Assembly: GCA_965655095.1 (NCBI GenBank)
Contig: OZ296649.1
Location: forward strand, 27,094,001 to 27,158,000
From: Haplodiscus bocki
Lineage: Eukaryota
Length of the DNA stretch: 64,000 nt
Direction of reading: 5' to 3'
In this document: positions 48,458 through 61,900 of the stretch, piece by piece
How positions within the stretch are numbered: position 1 is the stretch's first letter
Layout of the letters: every line of letters begins with the position of its first letter
Notes under the pieces: generated by a model
What the model was told of the DNA's origin: nothing
Databases searched by the model: none
Seen by the model: the letters and a program-made list of their open reading frames with translations, nothing else
Made by a program: the position numbers and the translations under genes

Positions 48458-51400
48458 GTACGGTACAACCAGTGTTGTGCATTACTTTTAAAAATGTTTG
48501 TTCTAGAAGGTTTGTTTTTAAGGCTATTTGTTATCTCGCTGATGCAACAAACACAGACTTTTGCGAGTAAGCTGTGTCATGGTTGGATTTTTGGTGAAAA
48601 TGCACTGATAAAATTTTTTCAGATGAATGAAATAACTGCAAATGCATAATCGTTTTTTCAACGGAAAATATGCATCGAAAGTTTTCATGAGCTTTTTTGT
48701 TCTCATTTTTAGGCATTCAGTGAAACTTAATGCCTATAAATTTTGCCTTTTTGTCGTTTCTCGCACTTCGCAAATGTCTTCGTGATTGACCGACTATGCC
48801 AGGCTGATCTCGGAACAGGAATGGTCCCTGCTTATTATTTACTTTTATTTTTTTTCTATTTACTTTCTTCTTTCCCCCAAGCTAGAGCTATCGTCACTGT
48901 TATTTCTTAGATTCCACGTGCTTGTGGTAGTCAGAAGTTAGATTTAAATATTCAACTACTTAGATTCAAATATTCTCAAATTTGTCGCATTAATTGGCAT
49001 CTTGTTTTCCGCTTCTTCAAAATAGTATAGTCTAAAGTAGGTTGATTCCCAAAGCGTCGGAAATTTGCGAATTATTCAAATAGCAGAAATTGGCCAGTAG
49101 ACCATTGTATACTCCGAAATTTTCGACGCTTTGATTTGTCTGCAGTTTTTCGACGCGATGAGAAAGTTTTCAACGCTTTGATTGCAGTTTTTCGACGCGA
49201 TGGGAATTTTCCCCAGATTCTAATTCAGCTTTCCAAGTCGGGGCTTAAAAAATTGCTGACTATCTTAGTGACTTTGGTAAGACGCTCTTTCAACCGACCC
49301 TTTCTTCCGTAAAACTTTTCTTCCGTTCCCGGCTTTTCTGGGGAGCCAAATTTTGCAAAACACTGAAGGGTACTCCCTACGATGTTTTTCAGTACTGTGA
49401 GACTAATTTTGTCCATCAAAATCGTGAAACCCCCGTTTTGCATAAGACGGATTATGCTCATGCTCCGCAAACACGGAAAGTTTTCGTTGTACCCCCTTTT
49501 CGTTTTTCTGGAAACGCATCAAAAATTGCCCGGTTATCCCTCGATTATCAGTCTTTCGAATTTCATCCATTTTTTGCCGGTATGCTTTTTTGGTGGTAGT
49601 AATTGTCTGGCAAACTCGATTTCACACTTCTAACGTTTCATTGTACGAAATAAGTTTTTCGAACCCTGCCCCACTATCGATCTACGACTCCCGCGATTTC
49701 CCGCCCAAGCGTGCTGTGCGATGGTGGAAAATTGAGAGAATTTACCGTACGTATACTGCATTTCATGAAAAGAAAAATAAAAATTTTCTGGAAAATACAG
49801 AAATCAGAATGTTACATAATACCCACAGTTATTCTTTGATTATCCCTCGCTAGACTGTTGGCCATTTGCACCAAATTCCCGTCCATGCTCTCACACGAGT
49901 GAGCAAGCGAAGCGAAGTTTGTTACTGTTGGCTATCGTTTTTCGCACGTTTCCATCTAGCATTTTTTGTTAAATTCACGATCGTGCAGGATTACTTATGT
50001 GCTCCCGCTTTGCTGCAATTTTTTTCATGCCTCGTCTCAGGTTGTCAACAATTTCACGTGGCCGGTTGGGCTACGCCGTTTTAGTGAAAATTTCTTGTGG
50101 ATTTTATCTGTTTAAATTTCGGAAAACGTAGTTTTTCAGTTGCTTCCCGTGAAAACTGATTTTCTTGAAAGCTATCGGTCTAATTGCGTGCTTCCCGAAC
50201 TAATTCGTTTTCTCGTTGCTGTCCAAAGGTCTCGTGGGTTAGCAGGCAATAACTCATATACTTCTGGCCTGTTTTTACCTCCGACTTTTGTCGCCTGCTG
50301 GTCGTTTCGGGTCCACCCAGTGTTGATTTAACTACCGGCTGCATAAAGCTTCTGATGAGCTGCTGGCGTGGTCTAGTTTCAACTTCATTGGTAGAACATC
50401 TTGACTGGTGTTATGATGACTTTTTCAAAAATGTTTTCTTGATGAATACTTTTCGGGTTGGGTTCATCCAGTTCCTATTCAAATAATCGCTGCTTGTGGC
50501 TTCTGATGAGCAGCTGGGATATTCTATTTTCAACTTTTTTTGGATATCTTTACTGGTGCTTGAAAAAAATCGATTGTGTTGTTCTTAAGGATTATTGGCT
50601 GGATGTTGAGAAACTGGCTAAATCGACTATTGGCTGCCCGGAGATCCATTGAGGAGCAGCGATGGTCCGAATTATTCTTTTCTGGCACTATACTTTAGCT
50701 TGTAAGGCAAATCTACGGAGTTTTTGGAATTTCTTCAGTTTTCTCTCCGAAACTGTTCATCGAATTCGTTCATGTAAACTTTTTCCGATTTCTATAATTT
50801 ACATTTTCAGAGTCGAAAGTTGAAAAGCACTCTGAAGAGAGAGTGAAAAGGTCGTGAAACTGTGTTCATTTTTTTCGTCACATTAGTTCGATTTTCAGAG
50901 GACATGTGAAGATATGTGACGAGAAAAATGAACACAGCAACCCTGGCACTCTGAAAAACGTAACTTATAGAAATCGGAAAAATCTTCACATGTCCTCTGA
51001 AAATCGAACTATTTTTTTCTTGAGTCTTCTGCCATAAGTAATTTTCTTGCAATATGCCTCCTTTCTCGTCAAATTTTTTCTCGGTGACTTATGATTAGAT
51101 TATATGGGGCAATCAAATTTTGAAAGTTTTAATCACTAACCAGGATCTTCTGTTACTTTTGAATCTACAGTGATGTGAATGTCAAAGTTTGCTGGCTTTT
51201 GTTAGTTTTAGTGTAACCGGTGCGTCGAAGATTTTTTATAAACTTTCGCCTGGAAGTCTGTTTTATGTCGCGATTGTTTGCGGAGCACAGCTTCACCTCT
51301 GTGTCTAAGTTTTTTGGCTTTAATGCCTTGCACCCTTGGTGCCGATGTTTGAATCACTGTAGCTATTCAAAGTATTTCTTAGCATTTGAATTGAAATCCA

Positions 51401-51486
51401 CGAATATATTCTCAAGTATGTGGAAACTGAATGACATTTCAAGTCATGTATATGACGCCGTAAATGCAGAACATTGGTTTCAATAG

Positions 51487-51703
51487 CAAGAGATGGATGA
51501 CAGACATCATGAGCTGCAACGTTTTGAGGATGGGTGCAATGAAGATGAGGATGTGGAAGTTTTCGACGACAGTGCCATAGAGTTGTTGAGAGAAGAGGAA
51601 GAGGATGGAGAAGGAGTTAGAAGAGGCGCTAGTAAGTCTGACAATCGACTGGAAGTGAAGATGGACGATGGCGTGACCAGTGTGTGTAAAAGCCCTGAAC
51701 TTA
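51487..51703 (+). CDS. KIF17: Probable KIF17-like exon 8 (acidic low-complexity stalk)
   Basis: tttcaatag acceptor in phase 0, open frame QEMDDRHHELQRFEDG...EEEEDGEG...SPEL, strong gtaagt donor, purine-rich exon-like composition. No conserved motif to confirm it. Confidence 0.6.
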
Positions 51704-52771
51704 GTAAGTGTTGTTTGTGAGAAAAAAAACAGATTTTGATTTTATTTTCTTCCAAAAGGCAACCAAGCGTGAGAATACAGGAAACACCATACGGGCTATC
51801 AGAGTAGCGGTGAAAGCGCGCTAAAAGAAAAAAAATGATTTTTTTTTGTTTCCCAGTCAATATACTTGGATTTTCGTGCGACGTTTTGAATAAAATTCAA
51901 ATTGCCTCTTCACAACGCAGCAAAGTTGTGTTGGAATACCGGAGGGACATACCGAGCATCATGATAGCGGTGAAAGCGCACAATTGACAAAAGTTCAGGA
52001 TTTTGAAGTTCTGTTCGCCTTGGGCTGCTATATATGAAAATTATATCCAAACTGAGATGTTCTTCAAAAAATGTAGAAAGTGAATGGGATTACGAAAATT
52101 GAAAAATGTTTTAGCTTTCAGTATCTATATTTTGGAGAGGACAGGAGAGAAGGATTTGAGGACTCTGTATAATTCTAGCCCTTTAGATAATATAAAAAAT
52201 ATCGTTTTCAAATAAGTTTATTTGACAACCATATATTCCGTTCGTTTTTTTTCACTGAGCCTTGAATATAGTAATTATCAAACAATTACCTTTGAAAAGG
52301 CTGTTGGTGCAGTGGTGAGTCTGTTGGGCAGAACGGCGTTGACTAGAGAAATGCAGGATTTGCGGGAAAATGACATTTTCGAAAAAAAAATCAAATTCAG
52401 GAAATGCTGTCAAAAAACCGGATTTTTCGTGATGAAGAATTTAGCCTCTGAGTTGAATTCTTCGGCCACCTTCAGGAAGAACCTTTCACTTTAATCCAAC
52501 CTTTATGAAGGAAATTTTCAGACAACAGTGGAATTCGAGTAGCTCTGAATTGACTTTTCAAACTAAAAAAAAAACAGGTTATGTCGCACCTGGAAAATAT
52601 TTCTGCTGCTGACTCATGGATTCATAATGCTAGCTCACCTTGACATGAGCTGGTTAAATGTTGGACCGAAAATCAAGTGGAAAACAACAAACATTCACGG
52701 CAGAAATTCCTGGCACTAACGCGTCTTTTTGCAGATTCTTTTTGTCTCTGAACTATAGTATTAAAATTAAT

Positions 52772-52814
52772 TTAACAACATGTTTCGGTTGTCGAACAAC
52801 CATCATCAGGTCAA
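52772..52814 (-). ncRNA. Minimal type I hammerhead ribozyme (Penelope-type)
   Basis: Minus strand: TTGAC-CTGATGA-T-GGTTGT-TCG-ACAACC-GAAA-CATGT-T-GTTAA. Intact core, 6-bp stem II, 5-bp stem I (one G-U), palindromic ACATGT stem III, GUU cleavage triplet. Confidence 0.8.
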
Positions 52815-53802
52815 TAAATACATTGGAGGGGGCAAAAACAAGAGGCGCAGTGAAACTGCGATATTTTTCGTCAAAGCGGTGTAGAAATGAATGATCGAAC
52901 CTATAACAACTGGTTTTCGATTGAAACTTTGTCGGAAGAATTCAAGCCTCTGTTTTCTTCTTTGATTCTTTAATTTGTATATTTCTATGACAATCAGTTT
53001 CTGATGAAAATGTATTACACTTCCGCAAGGAGTGTTATATCGCAGAAAAGCTTTAGAAAATTTTGAGTTCGAAAATCGACAAAAAGCAATAGCAGTTGAA
53101 CTTTTCGGCATTTGTGGCGTATCATGATAATTCTGTTAATTGTGCAAAGCGAAGATGTGAAGCCAATAGTTATGGAATAATGAGAATTTGAATATAGGGA
53201 TATGTCAAAATTATTATCATTTTTTGGCATTTTTGGACTATCATGATTCCGACGCAAAGATCAATATTCAGCATTTTTCTAGAAGAGTCCTCGTTAAGTA
53301 GAGAGGTGTTGCTTCAGCCCTTGATGGAAGAATTCAAGTTCGTAGTTGTGAAGAAATATGATTTCGAAAATGTAGAGGTAAATATTGATTCCGGTCATGA
53401 ATCGCAAGGAAAGAAAAAAACATAGGTTTTAAGGGCTCAGTGCTAGGGTCAGGAGGGTCCCAAAAAAAACAAGGAAATCGTGCCTTCACTTTCTAGATGA
53501 AACCTCGGTGCTTCACGGTTTTGACATAAATCTACGCTTTTGGAAAGTAATCAAAATAGATCGATTTTATTGTTTTTCGGAAAAACCCATAAAAATTTCT
53601 GACTGCAACTAAAACATAGTTATGTAATACACTGGAGTGTTTGTTATTGCAATGCCAAATAGGCCTCATTTTCAAACCTTGCTTCCAGGATATGGGACTC
53701 AACACTCACAAAGCCTTCAAATTGCCAATAAGTCTCGAAATGAAATATTATCGCGTTTCTTGTAAATAAATGTAAAAGAGTTAATGGAATTTCTCTACAC
53801 AT

Positions 53803-54380
53803 GTTATCAGTAGTAATCGTAGTATCGTTGCCTCTTCAAAAATTAGTTATATTTAGTGGATTTGTTCACGTTGAGACAAGTGTTGCGAAGCCCCGCTTCG
53901 CCTCTGTGTTACATTTGCTCAAGCTATTGTTATACCATAGGATTCTTCGTACTTTTTCTTCCGATTCGTTGACAACTCGCATCTGGTCCTAGATTTTGAC
54001 CAAAGAGAGGAGGGAGTAGCGTAGTGTCGAACCTGGGACCGTTGTGCTGCAGTCGCATGTCTTAGTGACTGCGCTTGCCACCTGAGAGTCAGTATTTTAC
54101 TTTCAGATATCAATCGAACGAGATATTTAAGCGTTTCTTAAGTATAAATGTGGAAGAATTAACGAAGTTTCTAAACTTTTTATCAATAGTGTTCGTAGTA
54201 TGGTTGCCCCTTCAAAAGTCAGTTTTATTTAGTACATTTGTTCACTAGTATTCCTTTTGTGAAACTGCTGCGAGGCACAGCCTCACCTCTGTGTTACACT
54301 TGCACAAGCTAACGTTTGTCACAAGCTTCTGCGTTCTTTTTCTTCTGATCCGTTCATAACTCTAATCTGTTCCTAGGTTT
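53803..54380. repeat. Diverged ~195-bp direct repeat (53803-53998 vs 54180-54380), probably duplicated LINE 3' ends
   Basis: Shared blocks tcgtagtat.gttgcc.cttcaaaa, cctctgtgttaca.ttgc.caagcta and atctg.tcctag.tttt; adjacent to a minus-strand LINE RT. Confidence 0.65.
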
Positions 54381-54479
54381 TATTCCATGCGCTCTCGCTT
54401 TCTTGCAAAAGCGTGTTCATGCGCTCTCGTGGAGTTTCAAGAATTTGTTCTCTTGGCCTATTCTCCAGCGTGCGCGCTT

Positions 54480-55150
54480 GTTTTGAACATAAGTACTTGC
54501 TACTCTTAAATATAAGTTTCCGAGAAATAAATTAGTTGTTCAATCAGCAGCTTTCGTAGTAGCGTGACCATTTCGCCTCTGTGCAAAAGAGTTGTAATAG
54601 ATGAAGAGAAGATGCTTGAGGAAGAACTCTTAGTTTACAAATTAGACCACACTGTGGGCTCAATTTAGTACTTCTTGATGTGTTTGCTTCACTTGAAAGG
54701 ATTATCTAGTTCTATACTCAAATTATTCACTACCCTATCCACGTTTGTTGACTGATTGTTACTTCTTACTCCAAATTTACTCATTTATGATATCCATGAA
54801 AGACGTTCTTTAATATTCAGCCAGAAATTTTTGATATTCAGAGACAAGTTAGCCGACTGAGCCGTAAATTCAAGTGATTGACGTCCTTGCCAATGTGGGT
54901 TTAGCTTTTGCTTTTGTCACCCATAGAATACCTTTGTGTCATTCGCGAAAAGGAATAACTCAAGTTGTTGGCAAACTTGTTTGACATAGATGAGAAAGAT
55001 GAATTGACCCAATGCCGATTCCTCAGGAACCCCACATTGGAAATGTTGTGTTGAACCTAATTGATTCTTTTGTTAATACCGCCACCAATTGCGCAGATAA
55101 CTCTTGAACGTCTTTGGCAAATGCTCGTATTACGATCTTATTTAGTTTAT
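54480..55150 (-). mobile_element. Decayed LINE RT fragment
   Basis: Minus strand: CGVPEESALGQFIFLIYV...LFLFANDTKV (cf. GVPQGS.LGP.LFLIY...FADDT). Confidence 0.7.
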
Positions 55151-55169
55151 CAGAAAGAAAGAATGGAAT

Positions 55170-57190
55170 GGTTTATTAGGAATTCGGAAATTTTTGATTT
55201 ACGAAGTACTTAGTGCAGCTCTTTTTGTTTAACGCGCATTTTTACGACATTTTGCGACGTCGTTCGGAATGAGGAATTTCGTGCGACCTTTGGCAATTTT
55301 TCGATTTTTTTCTCAAAGCACAACAAAGCTGTGCGGGGGTACAGGAGTGCCCATACGGACCATCATAGCAGCGATAAGAGTACTCGAGTCAATATACATA
55401 TGAAAGTGGAAACCTCGGGAGCTTTTGGATTCTTTTATTCCAATTCGCGTAATAAGGGTTGAAGAATAGCCCTTAAATTTTCCGAAGTCCTTTTCGCTTT
55501 AGGCGGCTATGTTTTTCACCTCCAAGGAAATAGCACTGCAGAATTTGTTCAACTTCAAATCGTTGTTTTCGCTTATCTTTGAGATTGCATCTACTCAATT
55601 GCGGCGAGAACAGAAACCGAACTGTTTTCGACGAGCAATGTAATGTCGTTCCAAGTAATGCATGACCCATGAGAACATTGATTTTTCAGATTACTTACTC
55701 AGTGAAATTGGTAACGATGCCGGTTTGTAGGACGACAGATTATGTTCATTCACTCCCTTGAGAAATAGAACAACTTTCGAGAGTTTCTTCTAATCAGGAG
55801 CAACTCCAGTTTTGAAAGATTTAGTATATATACTGCGTCTGGTGGTAGTATTGATTTGAATTAGAACTGTTCAGATTTTCTGAGCAGACTTTTGTAGTAA
55901 AAAATCATTAACTTGCCAGCTCTTCTTTGTTCGCAGGTGGAAAAAAGTTCCGCAATCAACTAGAGCAATCGATTTGAACGGAGTTTTTCAAACGCCTTGT
56001 TCAAATTGGTTTTTCTATCATCTTATTTTGCGGTACTGAGATGGGCGGAATATTTTGGTCCACCAATCTTTCGTCTTGTAAAATCTCCCACTCACTAGTT
56101 CATTTTTTTAATCAAGTACCAAGTCATGTGTGCAAGTAGAACACGCGACAGTGAGAAATTTACGCTTCTAATCAAACCTTACTGAAACCAGGCATTGAAT
56201 GCTTTTGTTTTCATTGTAGAGCATCTTTTATACTTTTCAATACGTTTTATACAACTTTATACTGCGCATCGTCTCAAAAGTGTGTAAAAGAATCCTAATA
56301 AAAGCTATTTTGACAGTGCAAAGGTTTTTCGCATGAATACTTAAGACGAAGGAAAAAGAGGAAAGATCTGGAGAATTCTTGAACAAATAATTGTTTTCTC
56401 TTTCCACCTCTGTACACTAAATAGCACGTCAATCTTCGAAAGCACAGAATTTTATCCAGCGATTGATTAGATTTCGTAAAAGTAGCATTGACTGAGTACG
56501 TGCCGCTTCTAGCTCCGTCTTGCTTCAAATTGCGAGAGATAGAACGCGCGCAAAAGAGCATCTTCGAGAAGCGAAGCAATGATTTATGCATACTGAATTA
56601 ACGCCTTTCCCAGGGAGTTTATAATGTACCACCCAATCGTTCGTTTTCGTATATAACATTGGCATTTTTTATTCAAGTGTTAGGAATTCGGAAAATGTTA
56701 ATTTTGAGTACTTAGTGTTACTCAGGTTTGAGGCTTTTTTGTACGCTATTTGGTGACTTCGTCCGATACAAGGATTTTCGGTGGACAATGTGAAAAATCT
56801 AAGGGGCCATTATAGTAGCAGTGAGAGCGCGCAAATCAAGAAAGTTTGGATTTTTTTGTTCCTCAATCAATAATATACTTTGATTTTTTTGGGACATCGT
56901 AAAAAAATTCATTTTTTTTTCTCAAAATACAGCAAAGCTGCGTGTTTGTACACGGGGGAAAATATTGACAAACAGTAGCGGTGTGAGCGCGGAATTCAAC
57001 ACAGAATTTTTGAAAGTTTGTTTCTAGTTCCCCAATCTTTATACTTATAAAAGTGTAAACTCAAGGAAATTTTGAATTCATTTATGCTCAGTCGCGGGAA
57101 AACGGAAAATGAGTTCAGTGGGTACCCTTTTTTAATCTCAAAAAGTTTCCGAAGTCATATACGCCTTGGACGCCCATGTTTTTCCATGTT
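55170..57190 (+). repeat. Two copies (55170-55520, 56680-57190) of a dispersed non-coding repeat; a related copy at 51720-52000
   Basis: Shared ggaattcggaaa...gtacttagtg start, recurring tagc(a/g)gtga(a/g)agcgc motif and tttccgaagtc block. Confidence 0.55.
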
Positions 57191-57469
57191 TGCACTTTTT
57201 GATAACCAAAGAATCTAATAAATATCTTTCCGAGTATTTTTGCCTGGGCTCGTTCCCGGCTTGTTTCCAAGTTGCTTGAGTAATTTCAATTTTGGGTATC
57301 TGTTCAGTTTCCGGCTACAGTTAAAACTCGTCTGTGGCCTATGTGTTCCGTAGCCTGTATGAAGGGTTTCACTACATTTCGTCTTGAGCCATTTCAACCG
57401 CTTCAGTTACTGACTAATTTAATTACAGTAATTATGAATAAATGAAACGATTGCTTCATGAACTTGGTA

Positions 57470-58950
57470 TTTGAATCAAGACTCGACTCAAAGCTTCCTA
57501 TATTCCGGTTACAAAGACTTATACACCGATTATTGTAAATTAACACATCTAACGCCTACTCGTAGAGCCAACTGTTCAAAACCATTCAATCTTACAGTAT
57601 CAGTGCATATCAGACCTTCCAAATTGCAGTTTCGTCTTAGAGTCAGAGAAAAATTGCAGTGCATGACTATAAAAAAGTATCAACTGCATCCACTCACGCT
57701 GCACAAAATAATACAAGTTGAAACGTCCCAGTAGTTTCAGAAAATAACCCTGTCATTCAAACAAAAAGGACTCAAAAGCACTACGAACGACCCCAATGAA
57801 GTCAAAGCCAGAGACCTGGAGAACCAAATCATTAGAAGAGCTCCGAATTCAAATTGAGCCGTTGCGGTTTCCAACGTAATGCCTGAAATTACAGGTTTAG
57901 CTTGCAATGTCCAAAAAAGGCAACCTGCGAGCAGTGTTAAGGCAACGGCCAAAATGAGATGTTTCTTAACACCCCGGCGCCAGTTGAGGGACATTTTGAA
58001 GTCCATGAGGAATTTCACCCTTCCTTCTAAAAGACAGCAAAAAAGATAGTGAGCGATATCCAGATGGTAGAAGAAACAATGAAATCATTTTTGATGCCTA
58101 ATTCTTGGTCGGTTGATGGAGGAATATAAATTTGCGCCCGGTTACTATCAATTATACACTATCCATTTTGAGTTACAAAGTTTTGCAGTAGCCTGTATGT
58201 GTAATCCCACCGGACAAAGTAAAAAACTGACACCATGATTGAGTGAAGAAAGCGGCCCCATTCCCAGAAAAATAGTGACAGACCTGAGAAAGGCAACGGT
58301 AGACTATTTCTGATATTTTTCCGAAGGGAAATATTGTGCTGTTACTTCACCTGACGCAATCGCCCATTTCGAACATTATTGCAAACGATTGAAAGCCCAA
58401 TACCAAAATTTTGCGGGAAGTTTTTAAGAGCTGCGAATGTTACCTACCCTCGCCTTTGTTTCGCTGGCTAATGTTGAACGATTCGAGCTGGTTATTGAAG
58501 AGTGAGGTTATTAATTGTGAACAGTTCTAAAAAAGCATCGCGGAAAAAATATGAGCTCGGAATTTCTTCAGAAGTACCTCCATTGAGAACTCGATAACGA
58601 ATAAGAAGCTTGCTTCCCAATCGAAATTTTGAACCAGTACAACGCACCTGGGGATTATCGCGAAGCACAATTTGTGTAGGAGACTGGTATGCAAACATTT
58701 TTTAGTGCTTGAACGCTAATTATTCAATTTCTACGGAACTGGAAGATTCTAAAATGCAAAACTTCAAATATCTTAGGAAACTGCCGGTATTCTGTGCAGG
58801 ATAGTTTCATGTTAGGTTCGCGGGAAGTGCTTCTGAAACAGCAAGAAAAATGAGGCGTCAGCATTAAATGAGTCGTCGTTGCGTCGGATTTGATTATAAA
58901 GCTTAGGACTTCGAATCGGAATAGATTGCATTTTTAGCCTAGAAGCCTTC
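57470..58950 (+). mobile_element. Decayed Mutator-like (MULE) transposase
   Basis: WSVDG...FAPGYYQLYTIH, KIVTDLRKA, a HLTQS segment, LPTLAFV, RSTICVGDWY (cf. RTNN.VEGWH); possible FLYWCH-like N-terminus. Confidence 0.75.
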
Positions 58951-61900
58951 AAAAATGTTCTGAGTGCAAATGTAACAAATCTAGTATGTAGTGCATTGGG
59001 GTCTTTTCTTTCGACCTATGTGAACATGGCTTGTTCTTAAATTTATGTAGTAGGAGATAGGAATGAATTTCCGCCAAAAATTTTTAAAATGGATGATTTC
59101 AAAATTTTTTAAGCAAGAAAACGAATCGGAAAATTTTGGCATCGAAGTTAGCTCTTAGTGTCCAATAAAAATGTGTTGCTCAGACAGTGCCAATTTCAGA
59201 TACCTTGAAGGTCTACTACCGAAAATAAACTAATAAGATGTCAAAGTACGTTTAATGTAAGTCAAATAAGCTGAATTCCAAGTTCATTTCGCAAACGAAG
59301 TTATCGGAAAATTGTCGGTCCGCAACCAAATTTTAATGTGTGGTAGATTAGAGTATTGTTGTAATGTTCCTTCAAGAATGAGAGCAATCCGTCAAGTAAC
59401 GGATTTTGAGCTTGGATCACATATTTTCGACTTGACAGGGGAACTGGAATGAAATGCCTCTGAACTGCGTTCGCCTAAAACATTCAAAATAGCGGAAGTC
59501 GTTTTGAGTTCGGAATTATAGTGTATAGAACTTTTGTCAATAGACAAATTCATGTGAAAACCATCAAAAGTTCTCTACGTTAGTAACTTGGATGTGCAGT
59601 TTTTGATTTGATTCAATTCAGGTTTTGTGATTTCACTTTGGTGCAATTGTTCATCTTTGCTCTTTCTTTATCCAATTGTTTTTTTCCGAAAAACAAAGAT
59701 GAATGTGAAAGCTTTTGGATTTTTTTCGTGGGACCTCCTTGTAGCGTGGGACGGAAAAACACTTGGATTACTGGCTGGTTAATACTTTAGAAGAATGTTC
59801 AAAGCCGTTGACAAGAAATCAAAGTCCCTTCAAGGTTGTTGTAGTGAGATGCAAATTGCGTCTGGTTTCCTTTTATTGAAGTTTTGAATCAAATTTTTCA
59901 TTTTGGTAGCAATATTGATTTGTCCAATATGACCTTTGACAATTTTTTATGAAAAGGTCAAAAGACGTGGAGCCTTTTTGGGGGTAGTTCCTTCCATTCT
60001 TCAGGTCTTGTTCGATTTTGCATGGCTAGAACAAAGTTTTCCTTAATGTTCCTTTACGGACCGATTTATCGTTATAGCGTCTCATATTTGAGCCTTTTCA
60101 ATGACGTTAAATTGGCTCTTTCACATCACGCTCAGACAGTTTATGAACACTTAGTGGTGGAAAAGCCAACGATTGTATTCTGTTTCTGCACTTTTCTCAG
60201 TTTATGCACTGTTATTAAATATCGCAATGAATCACTAAATGTGAAAAAATTTTTGGCCTTTCAGAAAGGCTGTTATTAGCCAAGAGGTTCTGATAGTATG
60301 AGAATTTTTCAATCTCTATTGTCAAACATTCTGATTTGAGACTATTACTTGAAATGTCTCAGTGAACTTTGCAGACGTTTGTGCAAGTGTGTCTACACAA
60401 GTTCAATAATGCGTTTTTTCAACTCAAAGCGTTGTTTCAACTGGTAACGACATGTACAATCGGCCGCTTAGCGGTCTCAATGCACCTTTATTACCATTTT
60501 CGACCCCGCTTTTCGTTGAGACATCTTTTATAACTTCAATTGTTTTCAAATGGCTTGAAAAGAATGAAGGACGCTTGAACATAATAAAGTAGGTCAAATT
60601 TGCAGAGGTTGAATTTTCTAGCCGTCGAAAAGGCGAGGCGTTGAAAATGTGAACAGTCGAAATGGGTTATGACCGAATGACATGTAACCGAATGGAGACC
60701 ATGCGAAAATAATCCCTAGTTTCTTCTAAATACTGAACCTTATGAGAACCAAAAATTCCCCGGAAATAATCTGAAATCCTTACGTTCAAAATTTTTGCAT
60801 TTGAGTGCTAATTTTCAAAATCTTTTTGCGTTCTATTAGAAAATGGCTCTCATCCGTGAATAGTTACTCATTTATGTTTACTGAAAGTCGTTCTTAAAAA
60901 ACTTCTGATTTAATTGAGCGGGATTGTGGTTACTTGCAATGGGATGGTTTGAAAGATGATATATGATGCAGTGATTTGACCGGTTCTTAAAAGACGAGTA
61001 TTGTGTAATCAGTTGTTTCTGAGAACGAGATCTTATGCAGTGATACTGTATGTTCTTCATTATTTTTCCGGTTTCGGGTATGAAAATAAAATAAATGTCA
61101 ATTTAGTCCTTGCAGTTTAACGGTGTGTCATAACCATATATTGAGTTACTGGATGAAACAGATAAGGCCTTTTATGACCAGTTGATGCCGTTGCGGGACA
61201 TGATGATGCATATCAAAACATTCAAACAAAATTGCTGAAAATTCGAAGGAGTACCCTTTAGTGCTAATCGGTTGTTTAGCTGACCAGTTTTATTTTCTGT
61301 TTCGTTCATTGTATCGTACCTTTTCCCGTAATCTTTTACGGTACTTTTCCTTTATTTATCAGGTATTTGATGAATCTGATGTTGTTTCAGGACGAAAAAG
61401 CTCCAGGCCAAAGTCGACAGTCCCCAGTTTAATTTCAATTTCAGAAGCTGAGTTTGAAGCAGGTTAGTTGCAAAATGGCATTTTGAAAATTGACGCGAAA
61501 AACTTTGATGCGGACGTAATTTAGGCCGCGCGTCACTCTATAAATTTGCTACTTGATGGCGTTAAAAAGTCATATCCAATTTAACTTCAAATTTCTGCTC
61601 AGCTGGTAATGTGTAGAGTTCATGCTGCAGTTATGACAAGAGCCCAGATTGCTTCTTGGAGACGCATTTCGATAGGAGATTTGTTTTAACTTTTATGTTT
61701 TATGTATTTCGTTGTTCAGGTAGAAGGAGTCATGAACATATTTAATGTCAGCGGGGTGATTGGTATTGCGTCCCCGCTTCGATTTTTTGTTCCGCGCTTT
61801 CAGTCAAAAATTGAAGAGCATTGTTCCATTGTTTCCTTGAAGTTGAAAAGCATAACCAGGAAAGATTTGCAGTACTTGAGACAGGAGTAGTATACGTAGG

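Noticed and set aside
50349-50560. Two CTGATGAG motifs in a short diverged duplication, as possible hammerheads
   Set aside because: No stem II and no downstream GAAA.
55937-55980. Strong-looking acceptor (tcttctttgttcgcag) as KIF17 exon 9
   Set aside because: In the required phase it reaches TGA after ~13 codons with no donor. That would truncate the protein before the expected tail, and there is no homology support.
59000-61400. Further Polinton genes (protease, integrase) downstream of the second capsid relic
   Set aside because: Only vague resemblance; not supportable by eye.
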